NCBI GenBank assembly: GCA_021817325.1
Contig: JAKAVK010000022.1
Span: 65,077-129,076, forward strand
Source: Candidatus Micrarchaeota archaeon
GTDB lineage: Archaea; Micrarchaeota; Micrarchaeia; Micrarchaeales; CABMGC01
Direction: 5' to 3'
DNA length: 64,000 bases
Part shown: piece by piece, positions 17,875-27,491 of the stretch
Numbering within the stretch: the first letter of the stretch is position 1
Layout of the letters: every line of letters starts with the position of its first letter
Made by a program: the position numbers and the translations under genes
The notes under the pieces: generated by a model
What the model was told of the DNA's origin: nothing
Seen by the model: the letters and a program-made list of their open reading frames with translations, nothing else
Database searches by the model: none

Positions 17875-19374
17875 ATGATTTGTATGCCCTCGAAAAGCAG
17901 CAGTAGATACGCGTCGCGGCTTGCCAAGACCCCTGCGCATGTCAGGCTAGTGTTCATACTTGTCATACTTGCGGTATTCCTCGATGTCATAGATTTCTCT
18001 GCGGTGAACGTTGCGCTGCCTTCGATAAGATCGCAGTTCGGAGTTTCGCTTGCTGATGTGCAGTGGGTGATAGGGGCCTATGGCATAACGATGGCAGGCC
18101 TGCTCATGCTGAGTGGCAGGATAGGTGACATTTACGGGCAGAAGAAATTCTTCATAGCAGGGGTTATCCTCTTCACCATTACCTCGCTTACAGGGGGCAT
18201 TGCGCCATCGTTCCTAATACTCGTGGTCTCGAGGGCGGTGCAGGGTATCGGAGCAGCCATCTCTTCGGTAACCGCGTTCTCAATCTTTGTCGAGCTTTTC
18301 CCTGAAGGGAAGGAGCGCAACAAGGCTATGGGAGTCTTCGTTGCAGTGATATCTGCCGGCTTCGCGGCAGGCGCGCTTGCAGGAGGATTCCTCACCACCT
18401 TCCTTGGCTGGAGATCGGTGCTATTCATCAATGTGCCAATAGGGCTTGCCGTCGCAGTCATGATACAGAGGCTGCTGGAAGGTGACAGCGGCAAGGGGAT
18501 AGAGAGGCATCTCGACATCGCAGGTGCCGTCTCCATCACAGGCGGACTCATGCTGCTGGTGTACGCGCTTACCGTGGCCTCCAATGGCGATTTCTCTCTG
18601 CTGTCGATGGCGGTACCGCTGGCCGTCGCGCTTGCCCTCCTCGTTGGTTTCTTCATCGTCGAACAGAGGGCCAGGGCACCACTGCTGCCGCTCGAGTTCC
18701 TTGGGCGCGGCATGGTACTCAAGGCAAACGTGATGTGCCTGATAGTCGCAGCTGCAAGCGGAGGGCTCGGATTGATACTGACAGTCTATATGCAGCAGGT
18801 GCTCGGCTTCTCTGCACTGGATGCAGGCCTTGGATTCCTGCCTCCTTCGCTGATATTCTTTGTGGTGGGCGGATGGGGCACTTCGTGGCTCATCGACAGG
18901 CTTGGTACAAGGCGGTTGCTCATACTCTCCACAGCGTCGATCACCGCGGGACTGCTGCTGCTTGCACTCGTAACGCCAGGCAGCGGCTACATAGGCACGC
19001 TGCCCGGCATGATACTCTGGGCATTTGGCGCTAGCATAGGCTTTCCCGCGCTCAGCATCGCGGCGGTGGCGGGTACAAGGCATGGGGAAGAAGGATTGGC
19101 TACAGGCCTTATAACCACATCGCAAAGGATAGGCTTCCCGCTAGGGCTTGCGCTGATGCTGGCAGTTTCCAGCATAACGGACCCTGCAGCTGACACTTCT
19201 ACCGGAGCTGCTGCGGTCCTGGGATTCGATTATGCGTTCCTTGCCGCAGCTCTCTTCAGCCTGCTTGCTTTGGCTCTAGCCATGAGTATAAGAATTGGCA
19301 AGGAACGGGGACTGAGAGGTGTGGAGATGGGCAGAGTCGAATTCATTGAAGCTGCAGAGGCTGAGGCGATATAG
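17875..19374 (+). CDS. MFS transporter (DHA2/EmrB-like, about 14 TM helices)
   Basis: DFSAVNVALPSI, GRIGDIYGQKK and multiple hydrophobic helices. Length is 499 aa. Confidence 0.8.
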   Translation: MICMPSKSSSRYASRLAKTPAHVRLVFILVILAVFLDVIDFSAVNVALPSIRSQFGVSLADVQWVIGAYGITMAGLLMLSGRIGDIYGQKKFFIAGVILFTITSLTGGIAPSFLILVVSRAVQGIGAAISSVTAFSIFVELFPEGKERNKAMGVFVAVISAGFAAGALAGGFLTTFLGWRSVLFINVPIGLAVAVMIQRLLEGDSGKGIERHLDIAGAVSITGGLMLLVYALTVASNGDFSLLSMAVPLAVALALLVGFFIVEQRARAPLLPLEFLGRGMVLKANVMCLIVAAASGGLGLILTVYMQQVLGFSALDAGLGFLPPSLIFFVVGGWGTSWLIDRLGTRRLLILSTASITAGLLLLALVTPGSGYIGTLPGMILWAFGASIGFPALSIAAVAGTRHGEEGLATGLITTSQRIGFPLGLALMLAVSSITDPAADTSTGAAAVLGFDYAFLAAALFSLLALALAMSIRIGKERGLRGVEMGRVEFIEAAEAEAI

Positions 19375-19468
19375 CTTGGATCCTTTGCGCTGCGCCAAAC
19401 ATAATGTAAAAGAATAGTGCCGGTGAAATTTATACGCCTAAGGGCAATTGGTCTGGAGGTGAACAGGA

Positions 19469-20077
19469 ATGATGCAGTCTATGGAACGCACGGTGGTTAA
19501 GTCTGTCTTCCAACTCAGGCGCGGCGATGGTGATAATGTGGCGCTGACAGAGCTGCAGAGGAAGAACGAGGGCTCGAACATCGTAATAGTCTCCTTTCTT
19601 GGTGCAATTAACGCAGGCTGGAGGCGCGCCTTTTCTGATTCTTGGAGCAGGGTGCACGAGAATAAGACGCAGGAATTTACCGTCTTTCCGGGCAGAGGTA
19701 GCGAAGACATGTATACTTATTATTTTGCGCTTGCAGATGCCACGGCTACGATTGGCTACGCCATGATGCACAGGAATGGTGAGCGCTCTGCGTCGTTCGA
19801 CCATTGTGGCATAGAGCCTGCATTCAGGAGAATGGGGCTTTACGGCGAGATGATTAGGGTACGAATGGAGGATATTCTTGCACAGGGCGTTACGGACATA
19901 GGCCTTATCGCAACCGATCCCAGGGTCGATCATAGCATTGTAAAGGCACTTGACAACCTTAGGGTGCAGGGGAGAATACACTCCTATGACGTCACGCCGT
20001 ACCGTGCCAGCGCGACAGAAATGAGCCAGGCACGCCGTGTCTATTGCCGCAGGATGCAGGTGCACTTAGATATATGA
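19469..20077 (+). CDS. GNAT family N-acetyltransferase (putative)
   Basis: GIEPAFRRMGLYGEMI resembles the acetyl-CoA-binding motif A (R/Q-x-x-G-x-G/A). The competing antisense ORF 19430..20065 looks like a shadow. Confidence 0.55.
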   Translation: MMQSMERTVVKSVFQLRRGDGDNVALTELQRKNEGSNIVIVSFLGAINAGWRRAFSDSWSRVHENKTQEFTVFPGRGSEDMYTYYFALADATATIGYAMMHRNGERSASFDHCGIEPAFRRMGLYGEMIRVRMEDILAQGVTDIGLIATDPRVDHSIVKALDNLRVQGRIHSYDVTPYRASATEMSQARRVYCRRMQVHLDI

Positions 20078-20217
20078 CACCAGGGCACAGGAGTATGCGG
20101 TGCCGTTTGCCGGTATTGCGATGGGTTGGAAGCGCCCGCAATTTGCAGAGCCGCTGCCTTATTGGTAACATCAGTGACAAGGCATGATGCATAACCATAT
20201 ATGAATGCTTAGAATAA

Positions 20218-21438
20218 ATGTTGATTACGAATTGGCATGATTTCATGAGGATAGCTCTTCTGTCTGATTTTCACCTCGGCTATGACCGGTTTCGGGAAGA
20301 CGCTAGGAGGCAGGCGGAGGAGGCACTGGAACTCGCATCGCAGCTTGCGGATGTACTTTTGATACCGGGCGACATATTCGACAACAGATCCCCATCACCA
20401 GACGTACTTGCAGAGGCGATAAACATCTTCAGGGAACTGTCAAAGAGGCAGTGGAAGGCGAGGGTGGTGAAATTCGACGGCAAGGGAGAGACCCATACCG
20501 AAATACCTGTCATAGCAATACCCGGCACCCATGAGAGAAGGGCACAGAACGTTGAGGATCCTGTGGACCTTCTGGGACTGGCAGGCCTGCTCGTTGACGT
20601 CAGCCAGGCGTGCGCCGTAGTTGAGAAGGACGGGGAGAGAGTGGCCATAAGGGGGATCGGAGGCATATCGGAGGAGAGATTCAAGGAGGTACTGAAGGCT
20701 GAGGACCCCAGGCCGGTTGATGGCGCATTCAATGTCTTCATGTTCCACCAGTCAGTCTACGAACTGCTGCCTTTCAGCCAGGATTTCATAAGGGCCGATG
20801 AGCTTCCGGATGGCTTTGATCTCTATGTCAACGGTCATATACACAGCAGGTTCGAGGGGAGGGTGCATGGAAAGCCGTTTCTTATATCTGGCAGTACAGT
20901 GCTCACGCAGCTCAAGGAGGGAGAGCAGGAGCAGAAGGGCTTCTTCGTGTTCGATACGTCTACCATGAGTTATAATTATAACAGGATAAACTGCAGGAGG
21001 TTTGTGCACAGGAAGATAGAGATAGAGGCAGCCGAACCTGCGCGCGTGGAGGAGGAGATACGCAAGGTGATAGAGGAGGCTTCGGCGAAGGGGGACAGGC
21101 CGATCATTAGGATAGAAGTTGATGGAAAGTTGAAGAAAGGGTTCAAGAATGTTGATCTGAACCTCTCTGGCCTGGCCAAGGATTACGAGGACAAGGCCAT
21201 AGTTGAGATCAGCAGGAAGGGCGTGGAGAATGCTGGGATAATAGCTGCGGACTCGAAACGACAGGCATTCGATAACGTCTCGGTCAAGGATTACGGGCTT
21301 GGCATCTTCCTGGAAAGACTGCGGCATAACGAATATGATATGTCGGCAAATCCCACCCAACTCTTCGAGCTGCTGAGCAGCGAGGGAAGCAGAGAGAAGA
21401 TTGTGAAGGGCGCAATGGACTCATTATTCAACGGCTAA
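20218..21438 (+). CDS. mre11: Mre11-like DNA repair metallophosphoesterase
   Basis: Phosphoesterase motifs are present: LLSDFHLG (DxH), GDIFD, GTHE (a GNHE variant), FHQ and GHIH. The likely true start is MRIALLSD at about 20245. Confidence 0.7.
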   Translation: MLITNWHDFMRIALLSDFHLGYDRFREDARRQAEEALELASQLADVLLIPGDIFDNRSPSPDVLAEAINIFRELSKRQWKARVVKFDGKGETHTEIPVIAIPGTHERRAQNVEDPVDLLGLAGLLVDVSQACAVVEKDGERVAIRGIGGISEERFKEVLKAEDPRPVDGAFNVFMFHQSVYELLPFSQDFIRADELPDGFDLYVNGHIHSRFEGRVHGKPFLISGSTVLTQLKEGEQEQKGFFVFDTSTMSYNYNRINCRRFVHRKIEIEAAEPARVEEEIRKVIEEASAKGDRPIIRIEVDGKLKKGFKNVDLNLSGLAKDYEDKAIVEISRKGVENAGIIAADSKRQAFDNVSVKDYGLGIFLERLRHNEYDMSANPTQLFELLSSEGSREKIVKGAMDSLFNG

Positions 21439-21510
21439 TATCTCGCTATCAACTCTGCAGGGCATGTGATATAAACGATGACGCTGTGATAATAGCGCTG
21501 CTTTTCGGTT

Positions 21511-22929
21511 TTGGAGATGACTGGCGCTAAGGATCACTGTGGGGTTGTGGCAGCATGGGGCCCAGATGCAGGGCATGTCGCCTTGGATGTACTGAAGGGC
21601 TTGCAGCATAGGGGGCGCGAATCGGCCGGGATTGCAGGGTACACTGCGGCAGGCCGCTTTTTCAAGGAGGTGGGCATGGGAACCCTGGATAAGGCGATCG
21701 ACATTGCAATGATACCGCACAGTGCGCAGGTAGCAATAGGCCACTCTAGATACAGCACTGCTGCGGAATCATCGATTGAACATGCGCAGCCGATAGGAGG
21801 GGGGCACAATGAATGGGTGGTGGGTCATAACGGCGACGTGCCAAATTTCCTAGGGCATGGCGTAAGCGATTCCACGATTGTTCATTCCGTAGTGGAGGAC
21901 CAAATGCGCAAGGGCCATAACATAGTCGAAGCTTTGCACTGGCTGATGAGCGTGGCCGATGGAGCTTACTCGATAACTGGCCTCTTGAAGGACGGTACCA
22001 TAGTTGCGGCGAGGGATCCGCAGGGATTTAAGCCTCTATGCGTAGGCCGTATCGGCCAGAACATAGTCGTAGCTTCAGAGACTGTAGGGATAACGCACAC
22101 TAACAGCGCCGTGGGATGGGCTCCTAGACGGGACGCGGAGGTGCTCTTCCATGTAAAACCAGGAGAGATGGCCTGGGTTGACAGGAGGGGCAATCTGTCA
22201 AAGAAGACCTTGGTTGAGGGTAAGCGCGTGACAACCTGTGCTTTCGAGTATGCATATTTCGCGAGGAAGGAGACTGAGATAGACGGCGTATCGGTAGGCG
22301 ATTTCCGCTACAGGATGGGGGAGTTGCTCGCGGACAAAGCTGCCAAGGAAGGCGTAGCAGCCGACATCGTAGTACCGGTGCTAGGGTCGGGAGAGGAGTA
22401 CGCAAAGGGATACGCGAGCAGGAGCAGGCTGCCGCTGGTGAAGGCGCTGATCAAGAACAGCGACGAGCGTGTGTTCATAGGCCCGGATGCCTCAAAACGG
22501 GCAGCGATCGCGAGAACGGTGCACAATGTGTTAAACGAGCTGGTACGCGGCAAGAGAGTCGTGGTTACTGACGATTCGATAGTGAGGGGCGATACCTCAA
22601 CGGCCATTGTTGAGATGCTTTGGGAAGCACAAGCCAAGGAGGTGCATATGCTGGTGGGCTACTGGGCAGTGAGATATCCTTGCTATGAGGGCATCGCATT
22701 CCATGGAGCAGGGGAGCTGATAGCCGCAGAACGTACGGTTGACGACGTGAGGGAAATGATCAAGTCGACCACACTCATCTTCCCTGAGGAGGAAGAGTAC
22801 AAGAGGGTCCTAGGAAGGAATGATCTCTGTAGCGCGTGCCACACCGGCGACCATCCGCTCAGCGAATCTACGCTGCGCCGGATACATGAAGTGGGATTCC
22901 GTACAAAGAGGCAGCCGATCCGCACCTGA
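21511..22929 (+). CDS. purF: Amidophosphoribosyltransferase
   Basis: Short propeptide then CGVVA (Ntn nucleophile Cys), HSRYST, and a PRTase motif VVVTDDSIVRGDT. TTG start at 21511, with an ATG at 21517. Confidence 0.85.
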   Translation: MEMTGAKDHCGVVAAWGPDAGHVALDVLKGLQHRGRESAGIAGYTAAGRFFKEVGMGTLDKAIDIAMIPHSAQVAIGHSRYSTAAESSIEHAQPIGGGHNEWVVGHNGDVPNFLGHGVSDSTIVHSVVEDQMRKGHNIVEALHWLMSVADGAYSITGLLKDGTIVAARDPQGFKPLCVGRIGQNIVVASETVGITHTNSAVGWAPRRDAEVLFHVKPGEMAWVDRRGNLSKKTLVEGKRVTTCAFEYAYFARKETEIDGVSVGDFRYRMGELLADKAAKEGVAADIVVPVLGSGEEYAKGYASRSRLPLVKALIKNSDERVFIGPDASKRAAIARTVHNVLNELVRGKRVVVTDDSIVRGDTSTAIVEMLWEAQAKEVHMLVGYWAVRYPCYEGIAFHGAGELIAAERTVDDVREMIKSTTLIFPEEEEYKRVLGRNDLCSACHTGDHPLSESTLRRIHEVGFRTKRQPIRT

Positions 22930-24315
22930 TTACTTGTGCGTAGCGCAGTACTTGGAGTAGGTGTACAGCGCGGCAAGGGACTGCGCAGCTGACATTGGCG
23001 AGTCGTATACCGGAAGGCCCGCGCTCTCCATCATGATCCGGTGCATCTGCGTATACTCCGCGCCTATGCTCAAAACTATTACCGGCTTATCGGTCTTGTC
23101 CTTGTACTCTACCATTTTTGCAGCCACCTTTGAATCTGCACCAGGAGTCTGGAACAGTACTATCGCTATGAGCATGTCGATGTTTGGATCGGTACCCAAT
23201 GCCTCTAGTGCGGCACTGTACCTTTCGCTGCCGGCATCTCCTGCCAAGTCCAGTGGATTTCTTACGTTTACCAGTACAGGCATCGATTTCTGCAGCACCT
23301 TCTTGGTCGCTGCGCTGAGCTCTGCCAGCTCAAGCACTCCCGAGGAGGCGATCGCATCAGTAGTGAGCACACCCGCGCCACCGCCGTTGGTTATTATGGC
23401 AACCCTGTTGCCTTTCGGCCGTTGTTCGGTGACAAATATCTTTGCGTAGTACAGCAGTTCACTGAGGTCATTCGCCACTATGAAGCCAAACTGTTTGAAT
23501 ATTGCTTCCTGCAACTGGTAATCGCCGGCAAGAGCTGCTGTGTGCGAATGCGCGGCCGCCGCCCCTGCAGAGGTCCTGCCGGCTTTCAGAACTATGACCG
23601 GCTTGACCTTGCTTATTCGCCTGGCAATCTCGACGAAATCCTTTCCGCGCTTTATGCCTTCTATGTATAGTACAATCACTTTTGTCTCGGCATCATTCAT
23701 CAGATAGTTTAGTATGTCAACCTCGTCTACATGGGCCGCATTTCCGTATGAAATGAACTTGGACAGGCCGAACCCTTCTCCGCCGATTAGGTCGAGTATG
23801 GTGCTGCCTACCGCGCCGCTTTGCGCGACAAAGCTGACTCCGCCAACTTGTGGCTTGCTCAGTTTGTATGTAGGCAGGAAGAGAGTATCGTTGCGCGATC
23901 TTGGATCCATGACGCCAAGGCAGTTGGGGCCCAGTGTAGGCAGGTTGTACTTCTCCGCCACCCTGGTCAGCGCATCCTGGAGCTCATTGTTCCCTATCTC
24001 AGCGAATCCGCCGCTGACTACCACTGCACTTTTTACCTTAGCCTTGCCGCACTCCTCAAGCGCCTGGGGAACGAAACGGGCAGGTATGGCTATGACCGCA
24101 AGGTCGATCCTGTCTCCTATGTCAAGCACGCTCTTGTAGGATTTGAATCCCATTATCTCGCCGGCGTTCTTGTTCACCACGTAAAGCTTGCCATCGTATC
24201 CGGCATTTATGTAGTTCTGGAGTATGACGTGACCCACCTTCTCCGGCTCCCGTGACGCGCCTATTATCACTACGCTTTTTGGCTTCAACATCGGCTTCAG
24301 ATCAAGCTCTCGCAT
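22930..24315 (-). CDS. acdA: Acetyl-CoA synthetase (ADP-forming), alpha subunit
   Basis: CoA-binding N-terminus PKSVVIIGASREPEKVGHVILQN. Succinyl-CoA-synthetase-like flavodoxin domains with GAAAAHSHTAALAG (the phosphohistidine region). Confidence 0.85.
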   Translation of the reverse strand: MRELDLKPMLKPKSVVIIGASREPEKVGHVILQNYINAGYDGKLYVVNKNAGEIMGFKSYKSVLDIGDRIDLAVIAIPARFVPQALEECGKAKVKSAVVVSGGFAEIGNNELQDALTRVAEKYNLPTLGPNCLGVMDPRSRNDTLFLPTYKLSKPQVGGVSFVAQSGAVGSTILDLIGGEGFGLSKFISYGNAAHVDEVDILNYLMNDAETKVIVLYIEGIKRGKDFVEIARRISKVKPVIVLKAGRTSAGAAAAHSHTAALAGDYQLQEAIFKQFGFIVANDLSELLYYAKIFVTEQRPKGNRVAIITNGGGAGVLTTDAIASSGVLELAELSAATKKVLQKSMPVLVNVRNPLDLAGDAGSERYSAALEALGTDPNIDMLIAIVLFQTPGADSKVAAKMVEYKDKTDKPVIVLSIGAEYTQMHRIMMESAGLPVYDSPMSAAQSLAALYTYSKYCATHK

Positions 24316-24324
24316 TTGGAAAAC

Positions 24325-24951
24325 CTATTTGAGTATGCGTATGTCCACGGCAGTGTAGCCGGTCTCGCTGACTATTATCGGATTGAGGTCAAGCTCGCTT
24401 ATTCCATCGTTCTCGATCAGCAGCCTCGATACCTTCATCAGTATGGCAGACAATGTGCCAGCCATCTTTCCGTTATGCGTAATTATGTCTTTTGAACGCA
24501 GCTGCCCCAGCATCTCCATCGAATCGGCTTTGGTTATCGGGCATAGCCGCAATGCAAAATCCTTGAACGCCTCCACGTATATGCCACCTAACCCAATTAG
24601 GATGAATTTCCCGAATTGCGGGTCTGCCCTCCCCCCTACTATTATCTCTACGCCGCTATGCGCCATTTTCTGTGCTATTATCTTGTAGGGTTTGAGTTTC
24701 ACTGCTTTTGAGGTCAACTCCCTGAATGCTCCGGTTATCTCGGCCTTCGTAGCAAGCCCTGGTTTTACCAAGCCTGCCTTGGCCTTGTGCAGCGCCTTGT
24801 CTGATATTACCTTGAGCACGATCGGATTGCCGTATGAAAAGCTTACCGCCTCTGCGCTCGTTGACACGTACCTGCTCTCTACGCTACCTATGCCGTATTT
24901 GTCCAAGAGCTTCTTTGCTTCCATATAGTCAAGCAGCTGCATTGCACTCAC
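24325..24951 (-). CDS. acdB: Acetyl-CoA synthetase (ADP-forming), beta subunit (ATP-grasp)
   Basis: EAKKLLDKYGI...PIVLKVIS...HKAKAGLV matches the ATP-grasp_5 pattern. It is adjacent to acdA. GTG at 24951, with an ATG at 24942. Confidence 0.75.
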   Translation of the reverse strand: MSAMQLLDYMEAKKLLDKYGIGSVESRYVSTSAEAVSFSYGNPIVLKVISDKALHKAKAGLVKPGLATKAEITGAFRELTSKAVKLKPYKIIAQKMAHSGVEIIVGGRADPQFGKFILIGLGGIYVEAFKDFALRLCPITKADSMEMLGQLRSKDIITHNGKMAGTLSAILMKVSRLLIENDGISELDLNPIIVSETGYTAVDIRILK

Positions 24952-25668
24952 TCATATGACGCCGCGGTAGTAGAGCAGGTAGAGGACGGCTGCGGCTATG
25001 ACCACAGCTACGGCCACATACATCGCCATCCTGCTGCCTTTCCTCTTGGCGTGTATTTTTGCGAGCACCGCGCTTATGTTCTGTTCTGACTCCTGCTGCA
25101 ACTGCGGAGGGGGGGCGGCGGCCTGTGTCTGCTCCGAATGCGTATCTGACTGCTGTTGGACCTGGGCCTGTTGCTGGCGCGGGGGCTGCGGTTGCGTCTG
25201 CTTTGTGCTGGCGTGCGTTGCACTTGCTTTGAGGAACCCAGTCTCCGTAAGCATTATGTCGACGTTTCCGCTACGCAGCTCGTATATTAGGAAATTCTGC
25301 TTGAAGAGCTTATAGAGCCTCAGTGCAAGATCCTTCGGACGCAGGTTCAGGTTATTCTGCAGGTCCAGTGGCACCTTCTTGCCCCCTGACAATTGATTGA
25401 GTATTGTCTCGTCAAGCTTGTCGAAAGGCTCGCTGGCCTTCGCATCAGCCTCCGATAGGAGGCGTTTGCCATTCTCTGTCACCACCATCTCGTTTGGGCC
25501 GGGATAGTACGCAGTGAAATCAATGAGACCTTCCTGCTTCATGGTCCCTGCGATATTAGATGCATCAAAGATGCTCGCATTTATTGCGCTTCCGAACTTT
25601 TCAAGCACTGTGTTTGGCGTGACCTTCATGAGGCACGCCAGTTCCAAGAAACCGACCTCGTCAGCCAT
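24952..25668 (-). CDS. Tail-anchored protein with wHTH-like N-terminal modules and a Gln-rich linker
   Basis: 238 aa. The C-terminal helix MAMYVAVAVVIAAAVLYLLYY is the only TM segment. A Q/P-rich low-complexity stretch (QTQPQPPRQQQAQVQQQ) precedes it. The stop abuts the acdB start. Confidence 0.55.
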   Translation of the reverse strand: MADEVGFLELACLMKVTPNTVLEKFGSAINASIFDASNIAGTMKQEGLIDFTAYYPGPNEMVVTENGKRLLSEADAKASEPFDKLDETILNQLSGGKKVPLDLQNNLNLRPKDLALRLYKLFKQNFLIYELRSGNVDIMLTETGFLKASATHASTKQTQPQPPRQQQAQVQQQSDTHSEQTQAAAPPPQLQQESEQNISAVLAKIHAKRKGSRMAMYVAVAVVIAAAVLYLLYYRGVI

Positions 25669-25738
25669 TCGAATCCAAGTAATAGTGGATAAGAATAAAT
25701 AAAAGCTTTAGTCTGCAATTGATTACTGCTGTGATTTT

Positions 25739-26989
25739 TTGGATGTTCAGTTTTTGGGCGGTGCAGGCGAAGTTGGCAGATCCGGCATCTTGCTAAAAGG
25801 AAAGAAAAACATGCTGCTGGACTACGGAGTGAAGCTTGATACCAAGATAGAGTATCCTATGAATGCGGGCAGGGTGGATGCGTTCATACTCAGCCATGCG
25901 CATCTCGACCATAGTGGCAATGCACCTGCACTCTACAGCTCCGGATCGCCTGTATCGTTCGGGACTCCGCCGACATTGAAGCTAAGCGAACTGCTTCTAG
26001 AGGACTCCATGAAGATCAGCAGGAAGAACCGTGTTGCGCACAGGTTTTCGAAAAGGGACTACAGGAATTTCCAGAGAAAGTACGTTTCGTATGATTACAA
26101 GGTTCCGATAGATTTTGGAGAGTATCAGATAAGCCTGCATGATGCGGGCCATATAAGCGGCAGCAGCATGCCCCTTATAGAGGACGCGCACAGTGGAAAG
26201 AGGCTGCTTTACACTGGCGACTTCAAGCTCTCGCCGCAGCTGCTCAGACACGGGGCCGAGATAGTCAAGGCGGATGTCCTCATCACGGAATCCACATATG
26301 CAACAAGCGAGCACCCTGACAGGCGCACGCTGGAGAAGGCCTTCATAGATGATGTCAAGCAGACCATAGAGAACAAGGGAACGGCCCTTGTGGCTGTGTT
26401 TGCGGTTGGCAGGGCGCAGGAGCTTCTTGCGCTGCTTTATAACAACAGGCTCATAGACTTCACATATGTTGACGGCATGGCGAAGAAGGCATCGGACATA
26501 GCGATGCAGTATCCTGGTTATATCGATAATGAATCTCTGCTGCGCGGGGCAATGGACAGGGTAAACAGGGTAGGCGACCATGAGGGCAGAGGCAATGCCT
26601 TGGCTGGAGGCAACATTATAGTTACAACTGCGGGCATGCTGAACGGGGGCCCCATTCTTAATTACATACTGAAACTTGGCCCTGCATCGAAGATCTTTCT
26701 TACAGGCTACCAGGTCGAGACGACCAATGGCAGGAAGCTTATGGAGGGCAGGCCGGTTGAGATAGATGGGCAGAAGCACAGGATAAATACCCCGTGGGCA
26801 TTCTACGACTTCTCGGCGCATGCGGACAAGAACGACCTTTACAGGTTTGTAAGAGAGGTGTCACCGCAGAAAGTTCTATGCGTGCATGGGGACCGGGATA
26901 ACAGCAGGGATATGGCCGAGGCACTGAAGCTTGAAGGATTCGACGCTCACGCTCCGCTAGTCGGAGAGAGATTAAGAATAGACATCTGA
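25739..26989 (+). CDS. Metallo-beta-lactamase/beta-CASP family ribonuclease (aCPSF2-like)
   Basis: HAHLDHSG motif, DAGH, and a beta-CASP-like C-terminus ending with the conserved His region (VHGD). Length is 416 aa. TTG start. Confidence 0.8.
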   Translation: MDVQFLGGAGEVGRSGILLKGKKNMLLDYGVKLDTKIEYPMNAGRVDAFILSHAHLDHSGNAPALYSSGSPVSFGTPPTLKLSELLLEDSMKISRKNRVAHRFSKRDYRNFQRKYVSYDYKVPIDFGEYQISLHDAGHISGSSMPLIEDAHSGKRLLYTGDFKLSPQLLRHGAEIVKADVLITESTYATSEHPDRRTLEKAFIDDVKQTIENKGTALVAVFAVGRAQELLALLYNNRLIDFTYVDGMAKKASDIAMQYPGYIDNESLLRGAMDRVNRVGDHEGRGNALAGGNIIVTTAGMLNGGPILNYILKLGPASKIFLTGYQVETTNGRKLMEGRPVEIDGQKHRINTPWAFYDFSAHADKNDLYRFVREVSPQKVLCVHGDRDNSRDMAEALKLEGFDAHAPLVGERLRIDI

Positions 26990-27346
26990 TTACTCGTTGT
27001 ACTCGTCTGACGCTTCTTCAGAAGGCTCGTTGCTTTCAGCAGCCTCGCCGCTTCCCTTCTCTACCACTTCTATCTTCCCATACTTTCCTGTGGAAAGCTG
27101 TGGTGTGCCTCTGAACTCGCCTACGTAGCCATTGGTTACCTTTACCTTGTCACCAACTCCTATTGCATCTATGTCCTTGCCCCATAGGGATATGACAATG
27201 CTTCCTGTGTCGTCCTTGAGTGTGGCGTTAGCCACATTAAGCCTCTTTCCGTACTTCGTTATGACCTCTCTTGGCTCTGATTTCTCTGCTACCGTGGCTT
27301 CCAATTCTACGCTGCTAGCGCCAGCCTTTAGCTCGCTTATCTTCAC
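26990..27346 (-). CDS. ssb: Single OB-fold ssDNA-binding protein with an acidic C-terminal tail
   Basis: VELEATVAEKSEPREV...LNVANATLKDDTGSIVISLWG...VKVTNGYVGEFRG matches an OB-fold pattern. The tail is GSGEAAESNEPSEEASDEYNE. Confidence 0.7.
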   Translation of the reverse strand: MKISELKAGASSVELEATVAEKSEPREVITKYGKRLNVANATLKDDTGSIVISLWGKDIDAIGVGDKVKVTNGYVGEFRGTPQLSTGKYGKIEVVEKGSGEAAESNEPSEEASDEYNE

Positions 27347-27491
27347 TAAATCACCATAATTAGCAACTTATGATAGATATTGAATAGATATATTAAGCTT
27401 TGTCTATCAGCAGAATGCTTTGCGATTGATTGCCAATGGGCTTTGCCGGCGCCCAGAGTATGGACTATGTGCGCTATGCACCCATGGCATC

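Noticed and set aside
18132-19196. Several long minus-strand ORFs inside the MFS transporter gene
   Set aside because: These are typical antisense shadows of a GC-rich membrane-protein gene, and the MFS frame has clear TM periodicity and motifs.
19430-20065. 211-aa minus-strand ORF opposite the GNAT gene
   Set aside because: The plus-strand ORF has a recognisable acetyl-CoA-binding motif. The minus-strand translation is His/Cys/Arg-rich and shadow-like.
25997-26821. 274-aa minus-strand ORF inside the beta-CASP gene
   Set aside because: The plus-strand frame carries HAHLDHSG and other MBL/beta-CASP motifs. The antisense translation is Arg/Cys-rich.
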